From NCBI GenBank assembly GCA_036172245.1, contig JAYWIR010000002.1, positions 4,650,001-4,714,000 on the forward strand: 64,000 nt of DNA. The letters run 5' to 3'. The stretch comes from Raillietiella orientalis. Lineage: Eukaryota. The notes beneath the pieces are model-generated. The model searched no databases. It had not been told where the DNA came from and was given only the letters and a program-made list of their open reading frames with translations. The translations under genes were made by a program, and so were the position numbers. Below, piece after piece: positions 36,824 through 47,980 of this stretch (position 1 is its first letter; every line of letters begins with the position of its first letter).

Positions 36824-37265
36824 CACTGGTGGAAGCCAGGAACCCCCGGACATCCCGCGATTGGAGGGTGACCCTCTGGAATCCTTTCGGGAATCATGGA
36901 GCCGGTTCCCTTCGGAGTTCGTTTCTGGTTGTGAAAATGGATCCCAAAATGCACCCTCCATCGCGTACCATGGAGCTAAATGGTCTCCGTCGTGGGGTTG
37001 TTTCTCCAGAGTGCTAGAAGCGCTCTTCTCCCTTCAGAGAAAATGGGTAGCACACCTTCGGGGCTCTCTTAAGAGGATAAAACAAGGAGCAGATCCTTTC
37101 CAGATGTCCCTCTGGAGAGAATAAGGAAGAGGTTTCCCTCGGGGTTCCCTTCTGGGAGTTTTCTTAGGGATTCGCTCATCAAGTGTAAGAGGAACGGACT
37201 CCTCCCTCCGGAGACTTCCTGGACTCCGAGGGTGGCCCCTCCCAGGTTAACCCTATAATTTGAAG
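36822..37265 (+). repeat. RepA body (copy c), resuming after the LINE
   Basis: Starts GGCACTGGTGGAAGCC and is collinear with 20442-20950. Confidence 0.8.
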
Positions 37266-37269
37266 CCCC

Positions 37270-38030
37270 CTATAACTTTAGCGTGGGTATTGGGAGCCCA
37301 CGCCAAGGGACCGCTCCGTTGGGCAGAGTACCTGAACATTCTGCGCTCGGAGATGGCGGCCCCTGCCCTCTGTCTGGACAGCTCTGTGTTCCCCCTCAGA
37401 CGGACACCACGAAGACTCTTTGCCGCTCGTGCACTGGGGCTTCCCGTTTCGTCCGCGGCGGCATCACAGTCCGAGGAGGAGCGGAGCGCCTCTTCCAACT
37501 GTGCTAGCTGGAGGGGCAACGGAAACTTCCAGGCGTCCGCTGCCGCCGGAACGCGGCGAGCTGTGGAGCGCTGTGGGAACGCCCGCGGCTGCTCCACTTC
37601 CACCCAAAGACACTTCGTAAGGGCCGCTGCGCTAGTGTACTACGCGGGAGGACCTTTCTCCTGCTTTCCCGATCGCCCGATCCCGTGTTGCGTCAGGAGG
37701 ATTGTGGCGTCCAGGAAACTTCAGGAAGCTGGCCAGCGAGGAAGTCATACCGCACGCCTCAACCCCGCAGTTCCAGGGGATGTGGCCAAATGGCTTTTGC
37801 CGAACATCAGAGTCGAAGAGGAAGCCGCCTGCACCACAGACAGGTTTCGGAAGACGCGGCATGTGTGACCGGTGAGCCCTGTCCTTTCCTCCCTTAATTA
37901 TTTTTTGTCTCCTCCTCTACATCATCCCTGTCCTTCTGTGTATCCGGTCTGCGAGTCGGTGGTTGTCTTTTCTTCTTCTCTTTCCTCCCCTCCCCCCCCT
38001 TTTTTTATCCCTCTCCCTGAAACTTTTATA
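37270..38030 (+). mobile_element. Diverged LINE-like 3' fragment (family C)
   Basis: Weak zf-RVT-like remnant (NCAS..TETS..ELWSAVG) and a pyrimidine-rich tail sharing CCGGTCTGCG.G.C.GTGGTT with 47870-47895. Confidence 0.4.
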
Positions 38031-38759
38031 GACCAGTGGATTCACGAATCCACGTGGTAATCTCATTTTTCTTTGCTTGGAAAAGAAACGCTCCTGCGTA
38101 ACCGGGTGAAAATGGAAAGCCGGGATCCACGCAAATTTGGAAAGCAGGACTGGAACCCTTGAGGAAAAGCAACGCCGTTCCTTCGACGTGGAACCCCATA
38201 GGGAGGGGAAGGGGAGAAACACTCCTCTTTCCTACGGAGAGCTGATCGAAGATGCTGTTCGGAAGAATACGGAGAACAGGCCGAAGAAAGTTAGCAAGCA
38301 AAAGACGTGTTGGCAGACGCTTAGTCTTCCTCGCGGTCTAGAGGAGGCCTTTGCGAGATGTGAAGGAGCGCGTGAATCCCGACGGGGACGACGCACCTCG
38401 AGCGAATAAGCGTCTCTCGAATGTCTCTGATGCTTTCCCTCCTTCGGTCTTTCCTACGTTCCCTACGCGAAGGCAAGCGCCACTGCCGGAAGGTCCCTTT
38501 GAGTGGGACTGCGGGAGGGAAACTGCCCCCCACCCCACCCTCATCAGCGCAAGAATTCAGGACTGAAGACCCTTTGCACCAGCCCTCCGCTCGATTCGCG
38601 GTTCGATGATAGTCTCCAGTCGTGGAGTCAAGTCGTGCTCCGAGCTGCCAGGTCGTGGGGTCTCCGTCCCGCGTGTCAGAGCCGAGCGAGAAGACCTCTA
38701 GGACACGCTCCTCCCCGAGAAGATGTCAGAGAGTCTTCTAGAGCTATTTCCTTCTAGAG

Positions 38760-39350
38760 CTTCATGCAGGCATCGCCAATGACTGATCCATGGAACGCCT
38801 CCCTGATGACAGCTGCTGGATGCAGTATCTGCTCTGAACTCCTTCGACAAGACGCGGGGGATGAGGAACTCGAGACTTGCATGTGCGCGGCCCGCGGGAC
38901 CGGGCGGCGGCACCGCCAGAGACCATCTGAGAAGATACGTGACGCAGAACATGGCGGTGTGCACTACCAGCCAGCACATCTGCGACGGAACGAGGCGGAG
39001 GGACGGCCTCTGGCCGGTGAAGGACTACGACGGGAAGACCGTGAGGCTGCTGTGTTCTTCCTCCATAAAGGTCGGTCACGTGCCGGCTGCCTGAATGCTC
39101 GGAAGGCCCTCATGGCCAGATCCTCCCAGACTCCGACGCGCTGCTACTGCCCACCCTGCGGAGCCGCCTGTGAGTGCCCAATCGTCCGCTCTTCCGCTGA
39201 AGTCATCAGCAGAAGGGAGGCTCTTCCGAACGTCCTGCAGCAGGAGAACCAGGGCCGGCGTCCTGGAAGCTTGGACTCGCCCCGCGACATCCGGCCGACG
39301 GAAGGAGAACCAATAAAGATGACGGTCTCCGGAATACATTTTCGCGACTG
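38760..39350 (+). pseudogene. Decayed LINE ORF1-like remnant
   Basis: ICDGTRR...SSIKVG...QTPTRCYCPPCG..CECP resembles the Tx1 ORF1 pre-knuckle and knuckle region. Confidence 0.3.
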
Positions 39351-40359
39351 ATGGGCTGTCGCGGGCGTGGTAGCGGAAGGCTGCACTCTTTCCGGGCAAG
39401 TCGCAGCCGGGAAGTTTGCTGTGAGTGCAGCGTAAACACCTCGGAGTGGAAAGCATGGAAAGCGACGACCCCCGGAGGGCACCTGAATCGACTTCTGGGA
39501 GGCTCATCACCGAGGAGGCGGCGACTGCTTCCAGCCAAGTCTCCTCCGAGGGAGCGCCACCTCTCTGAGACAAGTTCCTCGGCAGCTACGACACAGCACG
39601 GCTTCCATTTCTCATCAGTCGCCGTGGTCCTGGATGTCTCTCTCGAAGACCAGCATCAGCAACAACAGAGAAGCTGTGTCCAAAGAACAGAGGAACTGCT
39701 CTCGCGCGGAAGAACGGCTTCCGTTCCTCGGCGAGAGCTACAATCCTGCTTCCCGTTGTCACTGGACAGGAGAATCGTCGAGAAAAAAACTCTGAACCTC
39801 CGGGGAATCTTCGCAGGAACTTTCCTGCGAAGATTCCCTTCCGAGAGAAAAGACCACGATGCTGGTTCTCCGTGTCATTCTTCGAAGCAGCTTACCCACT
39901 TCCACTTCCCTAGAGAAGAAAAAGAAGAAGCTCGGATGCTGGGAGCACAGGAACGCGGACCTCGCGTGCCGACTGACTCGTGGTGGCAGGTGGTCTGCTC
40001 ATTTGTTTTTTCCGTGCGGACCTACCTGCCCCCCTCCCAGTGGTCTCGTGCAATGACTACGAGAGCCAGGTCTGTCTGGGCGAAAATAAGGGATGGGGCA
40101 TCCGAACCTGCAGGATTGGAAGCGGAAGGAAAAGGCGCCTCGGCTGCTAACGATCGACACGATCGTGGATGGGAATACCGATAATTTGCATACAGAGGAA
40201 ATAGGTATGCCTCCTACTTTGCCTAGGAGATGTTCAGGAGCGGTGGGTAGAGAGCTAATAGAACATGTATGCTATATATATAGTAATATATATATATATA
40301 TAGTAAACGTAACAGCAAGGTAAAATTGAAGGGAACTGTACGATTGGTTTTTTTCGGAA

Positions 40360-41808
40360 GTGCCAACGATTAACATCCGGAAAGATTTCGAAAATAAATA
40401 CACATGTTTCTTATATATATATCAGTATATGAATTTATACATACATACATATATATATATGTGTGTGTGTGTGTGTGTATAGAATAAGATATATTAAATA
40501 AACACGTATGCTTATTGTTCGTATTAATGTATATGTTTACATACAAATTTATGTACATATATATAGATTAATATACAAATCTATTTTAACACATATTTAT
40601 TAGCACCTATTATTAATATAAGTAATTTTTATTATATATTAATATAGAGTGATTCATATGAAGAGTAATATGTATTGTAAAGATTACAAAAAATTTGTTC
40701 ATTGTGTTTTTAATACTATGGGTTTATAATATACACTAATATATATATCTATGTATAGATTAATGTTATATAGATAGTGTCTATATTAATATATATATTT
40801 GTGTCTAGAGTAATATATATTGTAAATATTACAAAAAATAAATATAGATGTTCATTATATATATCAGTATGTACATTTATATAAAAATTAATATATAGGT
40901 AAATATATATTCTTCATATATAGATATAGATACATAAATATACGTATGTTCATTATAGACATTAATATCAGTAAGCATATGTTTCCTATATATATTTTTA
41001 CATGGATCAATATACAGATAAATATATACTACAAAGATTATCAAAAATAAATACGCATGTTTATGATATACATGCATTTGTATGTTGATATATACATTGA
41101 TATATAGATTTAAATGGGAATTCATTATTTTACCATACACATTTTCTAATATACTTAATAATATGCATTACTATATATTATTAACATATATAGTGAAGGC
41201 CGTAAAAAAATAAATATTCATGTTTCTTATGTACATTGATGTACATTTATATATATAATAATAAATGTATTCAATAATGTATGAATGTAGAAAAATAAAA
41301 AATAGGGATGACAATTAAAAACAGTGGAAAAAAATAAAAAGACAAACGAATTAAAAAGACAAAAAAGAAATTCTGCACCTCATTTTCCCATCATTTCCAG
41401 AACTCAACAAATGGCACTTCCTTAGGAAATGGCGAAATTCTGTTTTCGGGATTTTATGTTTACAATCCCATATTTATATATTCATTTCATGTACATTTAT
41501 TATGCATAAAAATATATATAATAAGCATGTGTATTTACTTTTTGCAATCTTTACTATAATATTGATAATATACGTTAATGCATATTATTAATTATATTAG
41601 CAAGTACGCATGGTGAAATAAATTTGCATATTAATCTATATATCAGTATATATATCAATATACATAAAAAGCGTGTATATTTGTTTTTTATAATCTTCAT
41701 GACATATATTAATCTCTACATTTATCTAGATATACATACATATATTAATATATATATGTGCAAAGATGTGCATTTATATTTAAGATCTTTCGGGATTTTG
41801 ATCGACAC
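40360..41808. mobile_element. AT-rich foldback/MITE-like non-autonomous DNA transposon (copy 1)
   Basis: Ends ATCCGGAAAGAT / ATCTTTCGGGATTTTGATCGACAC. Long imperfect inverted arms (41100-41230 vs reverse complement of 41520-41645) built of AT-rich subrepeats. An extra TTCGGGATTTT at ~41446. Confidence 0.7.
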
Positions 41809-42459
41809 AGAGATGATTTCTAAAAATAGAAAATCAATAAGAGAAGTGCAAAATCCTGAAAGGTGTTGGTTAAAGATAATTGCTACCTGGTTGTCTGCTT
41901 GGCCTGCTGAGAAAGGTTACAGACAGGCGTTGCGTCAAGATTTGTCTATTGGCAGTCATATCCATAAATCTTCCAAGCATGCTGGAAACGAAAGAAAAGC
42001 AGCCCATGACATCCCCACATGTGATGTTGAAGAATAAGCTATAAACTTCTTTCCATCATCCTGAACAAATGCAACCAAGGAGACATACGTCAATGCAACG
42101 GCGCTCAACACAGCAAAAGGATTCGCAAGATGCAGACAGTTTTTTCTCCCCCACTCCCACTTCTGTTGGGCTCGAAGAATCCAGACTTGCCCACGGGGTT
42201 AGCGTGCCAAAACTTTCCTTCCGCATGGCATATTTCGCCCTTGGCCAAGTTCTGTTTGTTTGCCTTTTTATTTATCTTGTAGAGTTGCATCTTCGTTTAC
42301 GTCAGGAGGGCTCTCCGAGAGCAAAGATTTTGCAGAACCGTCCGCAGTCGTACGCGACGGGGGACGAGCAAACGGTGCGTCGCTGAAGAGAAGCTGCTGG
42401 GTCAGGCGTGCACACTCGCCCTGGGTCAGGCGTTTCCCGCGGCCGGCGATGCAGCGACT

Positions 42460-43250
42460 CGAGACACGGGAGAGGAGGAAGTTTCGCCCCTCTCCTCCGG
42501 TCCCAGGAGGAGGCAAAGGGAAAGACGACGCTCTCTGGCTGCTTGCTTGCCCCTTGAAGGAACGTCCTTCCAGAAGGAGCGCGCGCGTCGGCCCCTTCCC
42601 AGCAGGAGTGGAATAAACGAAGGCACGGGAGAACCCTTCCCCTCCCCCTCCCCTTCCTGGATGCTGGGTGGACCGAGAGTGTCCGGAAAGAGGAGGAGGA
42701 GGAGGAAGCGGTCCATCCTTGTGAGTGAGGCATGCAGTCCCGTTTCGGATCCGAGCATCCCGGAGACGGAATGACAGCTCTAGGGGACGGGGAGGGGGTC
42801 TGTCAGCACCGCGGACGAAGTGATTCCGGATCCAGAGGTTGCGGGCGGGGCGGTGGAAGGAGGGGCGCGCCCCTTCCGCTTAAAGGGGAAGACGCGAGAA
42901 ACGTCCCCGGCTGCACGCGTTCTAGCTTTCTCTCGGTCCCCTCTGGGGTTAGCCTCCCATTCCCCCTCAAGGCCGTGAAAGAACGCCGGAGAGGGATTGG
43001 AACGGCTCCCGAAGATAGGGCATCACGCGGACGTCTCTCCCCTTTTCCCTGCTCGGCGACTCTGCCCGCCCAGAGCCACCTCGCGGTGCGACGCCGGAAG
43101 CGACCGGCGTCCTTGCCGGTGCAGCAGCGCGTTTCCCAACATCCCCAGAGAACGGAGAGCGCGATAACTCCGTCGGCTTCCGTTCGTGATGCAACGCCGA
43201 AATCCCCCCCCCCCTTCTTTACGGACTCGTAGCCGCGCGGTATCGTCTCA
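42460..43250 (+). mobile_element. Decayed BEL/Pao fragment
   Basis: WMLGGP (cf. T.LGW..SG) followed by ASVRDATPKS (cf. R.VFDAS.K). Confidence 0.28.
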
Positions 43251-44899
43251 GAGTCCGGTGGCATTTCCCGCGCCCTCGGGCGAAAGTTCCCGCTTCGGAC
43301 GGTCAGTCCAACGATCCGCCTTACCTTCCTTCGCGGTGATGACGGTGGTGGCGCCGACTTGACCGGAGATATTTCGAAGGTTTCCGGAAAGCTTCTCCTC
43401 TCTCCCTCCCTCGTCCCTTCCTCTTCCCTTCCTCCTCCTCTTCCTCCCTTCCTCCCCCCTTCTTTGTCCGGTGCGCGCACGCACATTCCGCCTTCCGAGC
43501 GATCCGCGGCGAAGACGTCCAGAAGGAGCTCCGAACCAGAACTTCCAGAAGACGGAGGTCGCCTCCTCGGGACTGACCGTTGCGGCTGAAGGGGCAGTCA
43601 CACCAAACTGAAAGGAAAGTTCTGGACTCCTTTCTTGCTTCTCCCCCCTCCCCACTTCCCTCTTTCCTCGAGAAGAGGCGGCGGCTGACCTCTGGAGAAG
43701 CTGCAGTTTGTCTTTCTCCAGCCGGAGTGGCACGAGTACAGATGAGGAAGAAAACCGACCCACGCCTTTGGAGAGACCTGCAGACTGACCTCGAGGGGGT
43801 TTCGGGGACCACTGGTGACGGAGTCAGGGGAATGCCTCGGGCGACAGTCTGCCCCGAGGGATCCGGACCGGACTAAACGGCGCTCGTGATGCGGGCGATC
43901 ACATCACCGAGGACGAACGGAATCAAAAGGGGAATGAAGTTTCCTCTGCACTCCGGCCTGAACACCCAACACATGCGGCTGCAGGTCTCAGGGATCCGAG
44001 GGAGACGTGGGGGTAGAACGGCACTCTGAGGCCTCCTGACCCGCCCAAGAAGTCTGAGGGACGCTCTTGGAGGCTCGAAGATTCCCGAAATCCGAAAGAG
44101 ATGGAGCGGAAGGCGTTACGGGGGAGGAAATTTCAGGACCCCCTTCCCCTGGCGTGTCCCTCCGAACTTCCCATCCCGCCCTCTCTTTCCCCGGAAAGTT
44201 TTCCTCGCGAGGCACCCTCCCTGTCACTGGCTGATCGATCCGACAGATCCGTGTCCCCTTTGCCAAAGGGAGAGGTTCCCGCCGAGAGCGCACGGGTGCC
44301 GCCACTCGCAGGGGACTTCTCCCCCCCCCCTTCCTTGGAGAAAGACCCCCTGGGAGAAGGTGGGAAAGTGGTCCCTTCCAGAATCTCTGACAACTCGCCT
44401 CTCCCACGTGTGCGAAGGAGGGCGGGCAGAATCCGCTTTGGTTCCCGTTTCCGTGAAGGGAGGGGAGTCCTGGAGCAAGGTTGCAGGGAAGTCTTCGGGA
44501 ATGTTCCCGTTTTTCGAACTCTCTCCGGCTTTCCCAAGAATCCCCTTGGCGATTAGTACACAGTCCTTTTCATGCCCCTACGGTGTCTCTTCTGCTGCAT
44601 ATCGACGGCCACGTCGCCTCCCGAGATGCTCTTCCGTCAGCATTCATCATCTTCCCCCTGTCCGCCGAGCACCGCGCGTCGCGCTCTGCTCCTACGGCAC
44701 ACAAACACACCCATCTGGCCATTCCGGTATCGCGCCGTTGCTTCCAGGTGGGTCCCCTCCCCCCTTCCCGGCCCCTCACTTTCTCTTCCTGCATTTCTTC
44801 CAAATCCGGGGTGCCTCAAATCATGGGCTGGAGTCCCTCTGGTTCGAGCTGTACAGTCCGCAGACCAGGAGATCCTCTCTGGAGAGGCCTCCTCACCAG

Positions 44900-45850
44900 G
44901 GGATTCTGTGGAGGGATCTATGCCATCATCCCTCCTCTGGAAATCTAGGCAAGTCCTTCACTCCTTACCATCCTGGGGGGTCGAACCCGGTTCCCTGACT
45001 CCATCTTCCATGCGTCCTTTTCCTCTGACATGCCGAGCGTCGCTGAAAAGCGACCGGATGCTGAGGAGGAGCATCCATCTGGGCTTTCCCTCCATCTCGA
45101 ATGTTCCTCAGGAGAAAAAAAGTGTCGGTTGCTCCTCGCCTCTTCCTGTTTGCCCACGCCCACACCTTAGTCGTCCCGACGGATCCCCCATAGCAACGAG
45201 CTGCTTCTCCTCCATACGGAGGGCTGTCCCGAGAATCCTGCAGCGCTCCTGGGATCCCAGCCTCCCTCCCTATGCGATCCCCTCGGCTTAGGGATGTGGA
45301 TGGGCGCTTTCCTCTTGGGAATCGCTGCCTCCCCCCCTCATCCGGTTGCTCCCTTGCCGAGTGCAGCGTCCTCCTACCCTTTCAGGGATTGCTTCCCAGA
45401 CTAATTCGAGGAACTTGGTCTCCCAGAAGAGAAGTACAGGACTCTTCGGAGGATTCTTTGTCCCTTCGAAGAATCTCAACTCTCATGCACTGTGGTTGCC
45501 GCGTCCATCACCGTTCGAAGCCATCTCACAATCTTCGAGTTGCATTTCCTGCTTCTCGCAAACCATCGAGGATCTCTTCCTCGGTTTAGCAAGATGAATC
45601 TGATTCTTCTGGCGTTTGGATCATCTACAGATGATCTTCGCCACCGTCCAGGATAAAACGGAAACCCCAGAAGATTTCACCTATCTCCTTGAAGTCTCGG
45701 AGCACTCCAATTAGATCAGGGACCCATATTACAGGATGATGAGAGCACGGGGACCATAAAGATCTTCGTCTTCGGACCATAAGGACGCTCAGGGAGAATG
45801 ATAGCAACCGTCTCTTCGGAATCAGAGCAGGCACCTGGTTTCCGGGGAAG
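44900..45850 (-). mobile_element. Decayed RTE/L2-like LINE reverse transcriptase remnant
   Basis: ALIPK..LSFSLSVL, EIGEIFWGFRF, GLREAG and YG...TTKVW occur in RT order. Confidence 0.33.
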
Positions 45851-46189
45851 TCACCTTCCCGAGATGTTTAAGGGGCGGTAGGATCGCTCCCGCACATTTT
45901 GCTGGACTGATGCTCTCTGGAGGACTCGTGGCAGAGATTCGCTTCGGCGCTCCGTCAATGACAGGACACCGCGTTGGACTTGCTGTGACGCTTCTTCATC
46001 ATAGGTTTATCACCTGATCACAGCGGGACGTAAATTATAAAACTACACAAAATAAAGATACATGTGTAGAGCCATTGGCCACACATTGTCGGAAAATGAT
46101 CTGCGACGCGAGGAGAGAGCCAGGTGGTTGGACCACGGATCAGCTCACGGACGCTGCGACCCCAAGTGTCCCACCAAAAGGACTATTGT

Positions 46190-47575
46190 GCTGGGGTGAG
46201 GGGAAGGTGACTCTAGGAGGAGGGGGCAAACCAAAAAAAAATAAAACAAAAAAATATATATACAAAAAAATTGGGAGGGTTAGGGAAGGGATCACTGTCC
46301 ACCGGAGGGAGTCCTCTCCATCCTTTCCAGGATGCCGGCAAGTTCCATCCGAATACGCTCCAGGTGAGGCCACCTTGCTGCCGTCCTCATGAAGCGCAGG
46401 GAGAAGCAGATGGCGTCCCTATCGCGCCGTCCTCCTCTCGCGTAGCTTCAGGCCGCCACAGTCATGCGTAGGCAGTAGCAAAGGGCTTCTGGGGATGCAC
46501 CAGGAGAAAGGGCATCGCGCACGAAGAGGTGTTTCATCACGTGCCATGGATCTTCCGTCGGTGCACCAAGGACCGTTGGGTAACGCAACCACAGGGGACG
46601 GAGGGCAGCACAATCTACAAGCAGGTGCGGGAGGGATTCTCGTTCCCCACACCTGCAACAGTTGACGTCCACAGTCCCCCGGTTCCAGGAACAGCGGCGG
46701 ACGTTGCACAGGACACCCCATTGCAACATCAGAAGTGCCGACTCCTGCCACTTCAAGGGGAGGGCCAGGTTGTCTTCAGAGCTGGGAGCCACTCGAGGTC
46801 TTCCTGTGGATTCCCAGCAGCTCACCCCAGCACAATAGTTTTTTCGGTGGGGCATTGGGAGCGCAGCGTCCATGAGCTGGCCTGTGGCCTAACCACCTAG
46901 TTCTCTCGTCTTCTGACTGATTTCGTAGCTGACCTCTCATTTGACCGGCTGGTTACTGCCCAGATGCTCCCTGAGGGAGAGTGGTGCCGCGGCTAGGAAG
47001 GTTCTTTGCGCCCACGCACACGTGGTGGGCTGCACGATGGCATCCTGTAGCGAGCGGTTGTTGTAGGAGTGCAGCATTCGCTGCCGCATCTCCAGACTCG
47101 TTTCCTTGTTGTTGGCTCATGAGCGAATGGTTTCCAGGCACTACCGTTCGCGGGCCGGAAAAAGATCCAGTTGTTGGGTCTGGTCAGCTTGGCCACCCGC
47201 CGGAGCTCCAGTCCCCAGCTGAACACGTTGCGTCTGCGCCGCCGCTCCAGGAACGAAGGCAGTCCCGCATAGCCAGTGGCTCGCTTGACCAGGTATCGTG
47301 GTGACTGGCACCAGTTCGTGCTCCAAAGCTTCGCCACTAGCGCGAACATCCTACACTGGAGCTGCCGCTCCAGGTGCGTTTAGCATCAAGAGGCCGAGGC
47401 CTTCGTCGCCACGCGGAGAGCACAAGTCCTTCAGGAGGACTCAAGTCTTCCCTGTGCCACAGAGGACAATTCTGAGGAGGTCCTTCGCCCGCCTTTTAAT
47501 GTTACTCGGTGGGGAGCAAACAAAAAGCAGGAGGCAGAATAGGGGGGCCACGAACCTGTTCCACACCGCGGCCCA
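46190..47575 (-). mobile_element. Tx1/L1-clade LINE 3' fragment (diverged relative of families A and B)
   Basis: AAVWNRFVAPL, KDLLRIVL, LWSTNWCQ, LPLKWQESALL and CCRCGERESLPHLLVDCAALRPLW. 3' UTR similar to 90-280. A short opposite-strand piece (DQLTDAATPSVP) lies at 46125-46180. Confidence 0.87.
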
Positions 47576-47589
47576 TAAGCGGACTGAAG

Positions 47590-47980
47590 AAGAGCAGTAT
47601 GATGGCGACAATCTGTTGCATCCGCTCCATAGTAACAGCCCGCCACGTGTGAGAGTCAGGCCGCGGCGAACAGAGGCCACCAACACGGCGGTAGTCCTCT
47701 TGAAGACAGCAGCAAGGTGGGCTCATCTGCCAGAAGACATCAGGGAGATCTCCATCTTCCAGAGCCGCTTCTAGAAGGAAAGGAACGTCTTCAACCAAAG
47801 CCCCTGTCCTCAGATTTCAGTCTTTTTTTATTTATCTATTGTGCCCTCCCTCCGTTACCCACCTTTTGGAAGCCGGTCTGCGTGCCAGTGGTTATCCCGA
47901 TTGAACTTCTTTTCTGGCATTTCTTGTGTTTGAGGGGTTCTCCCCCCCCCCTCCTCTTGTAGTTTGTTTTTATAAATAAA
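47590..47980 (+). mobile_element. LINE-like 3' terminal fragment (family C-like)
   Basis: ...ARWAHLPEDIREISIFQSRF-stop followed by a T-rich tail similar to 37880-38030; AATAAA near 47975. Confidence 0.35.
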
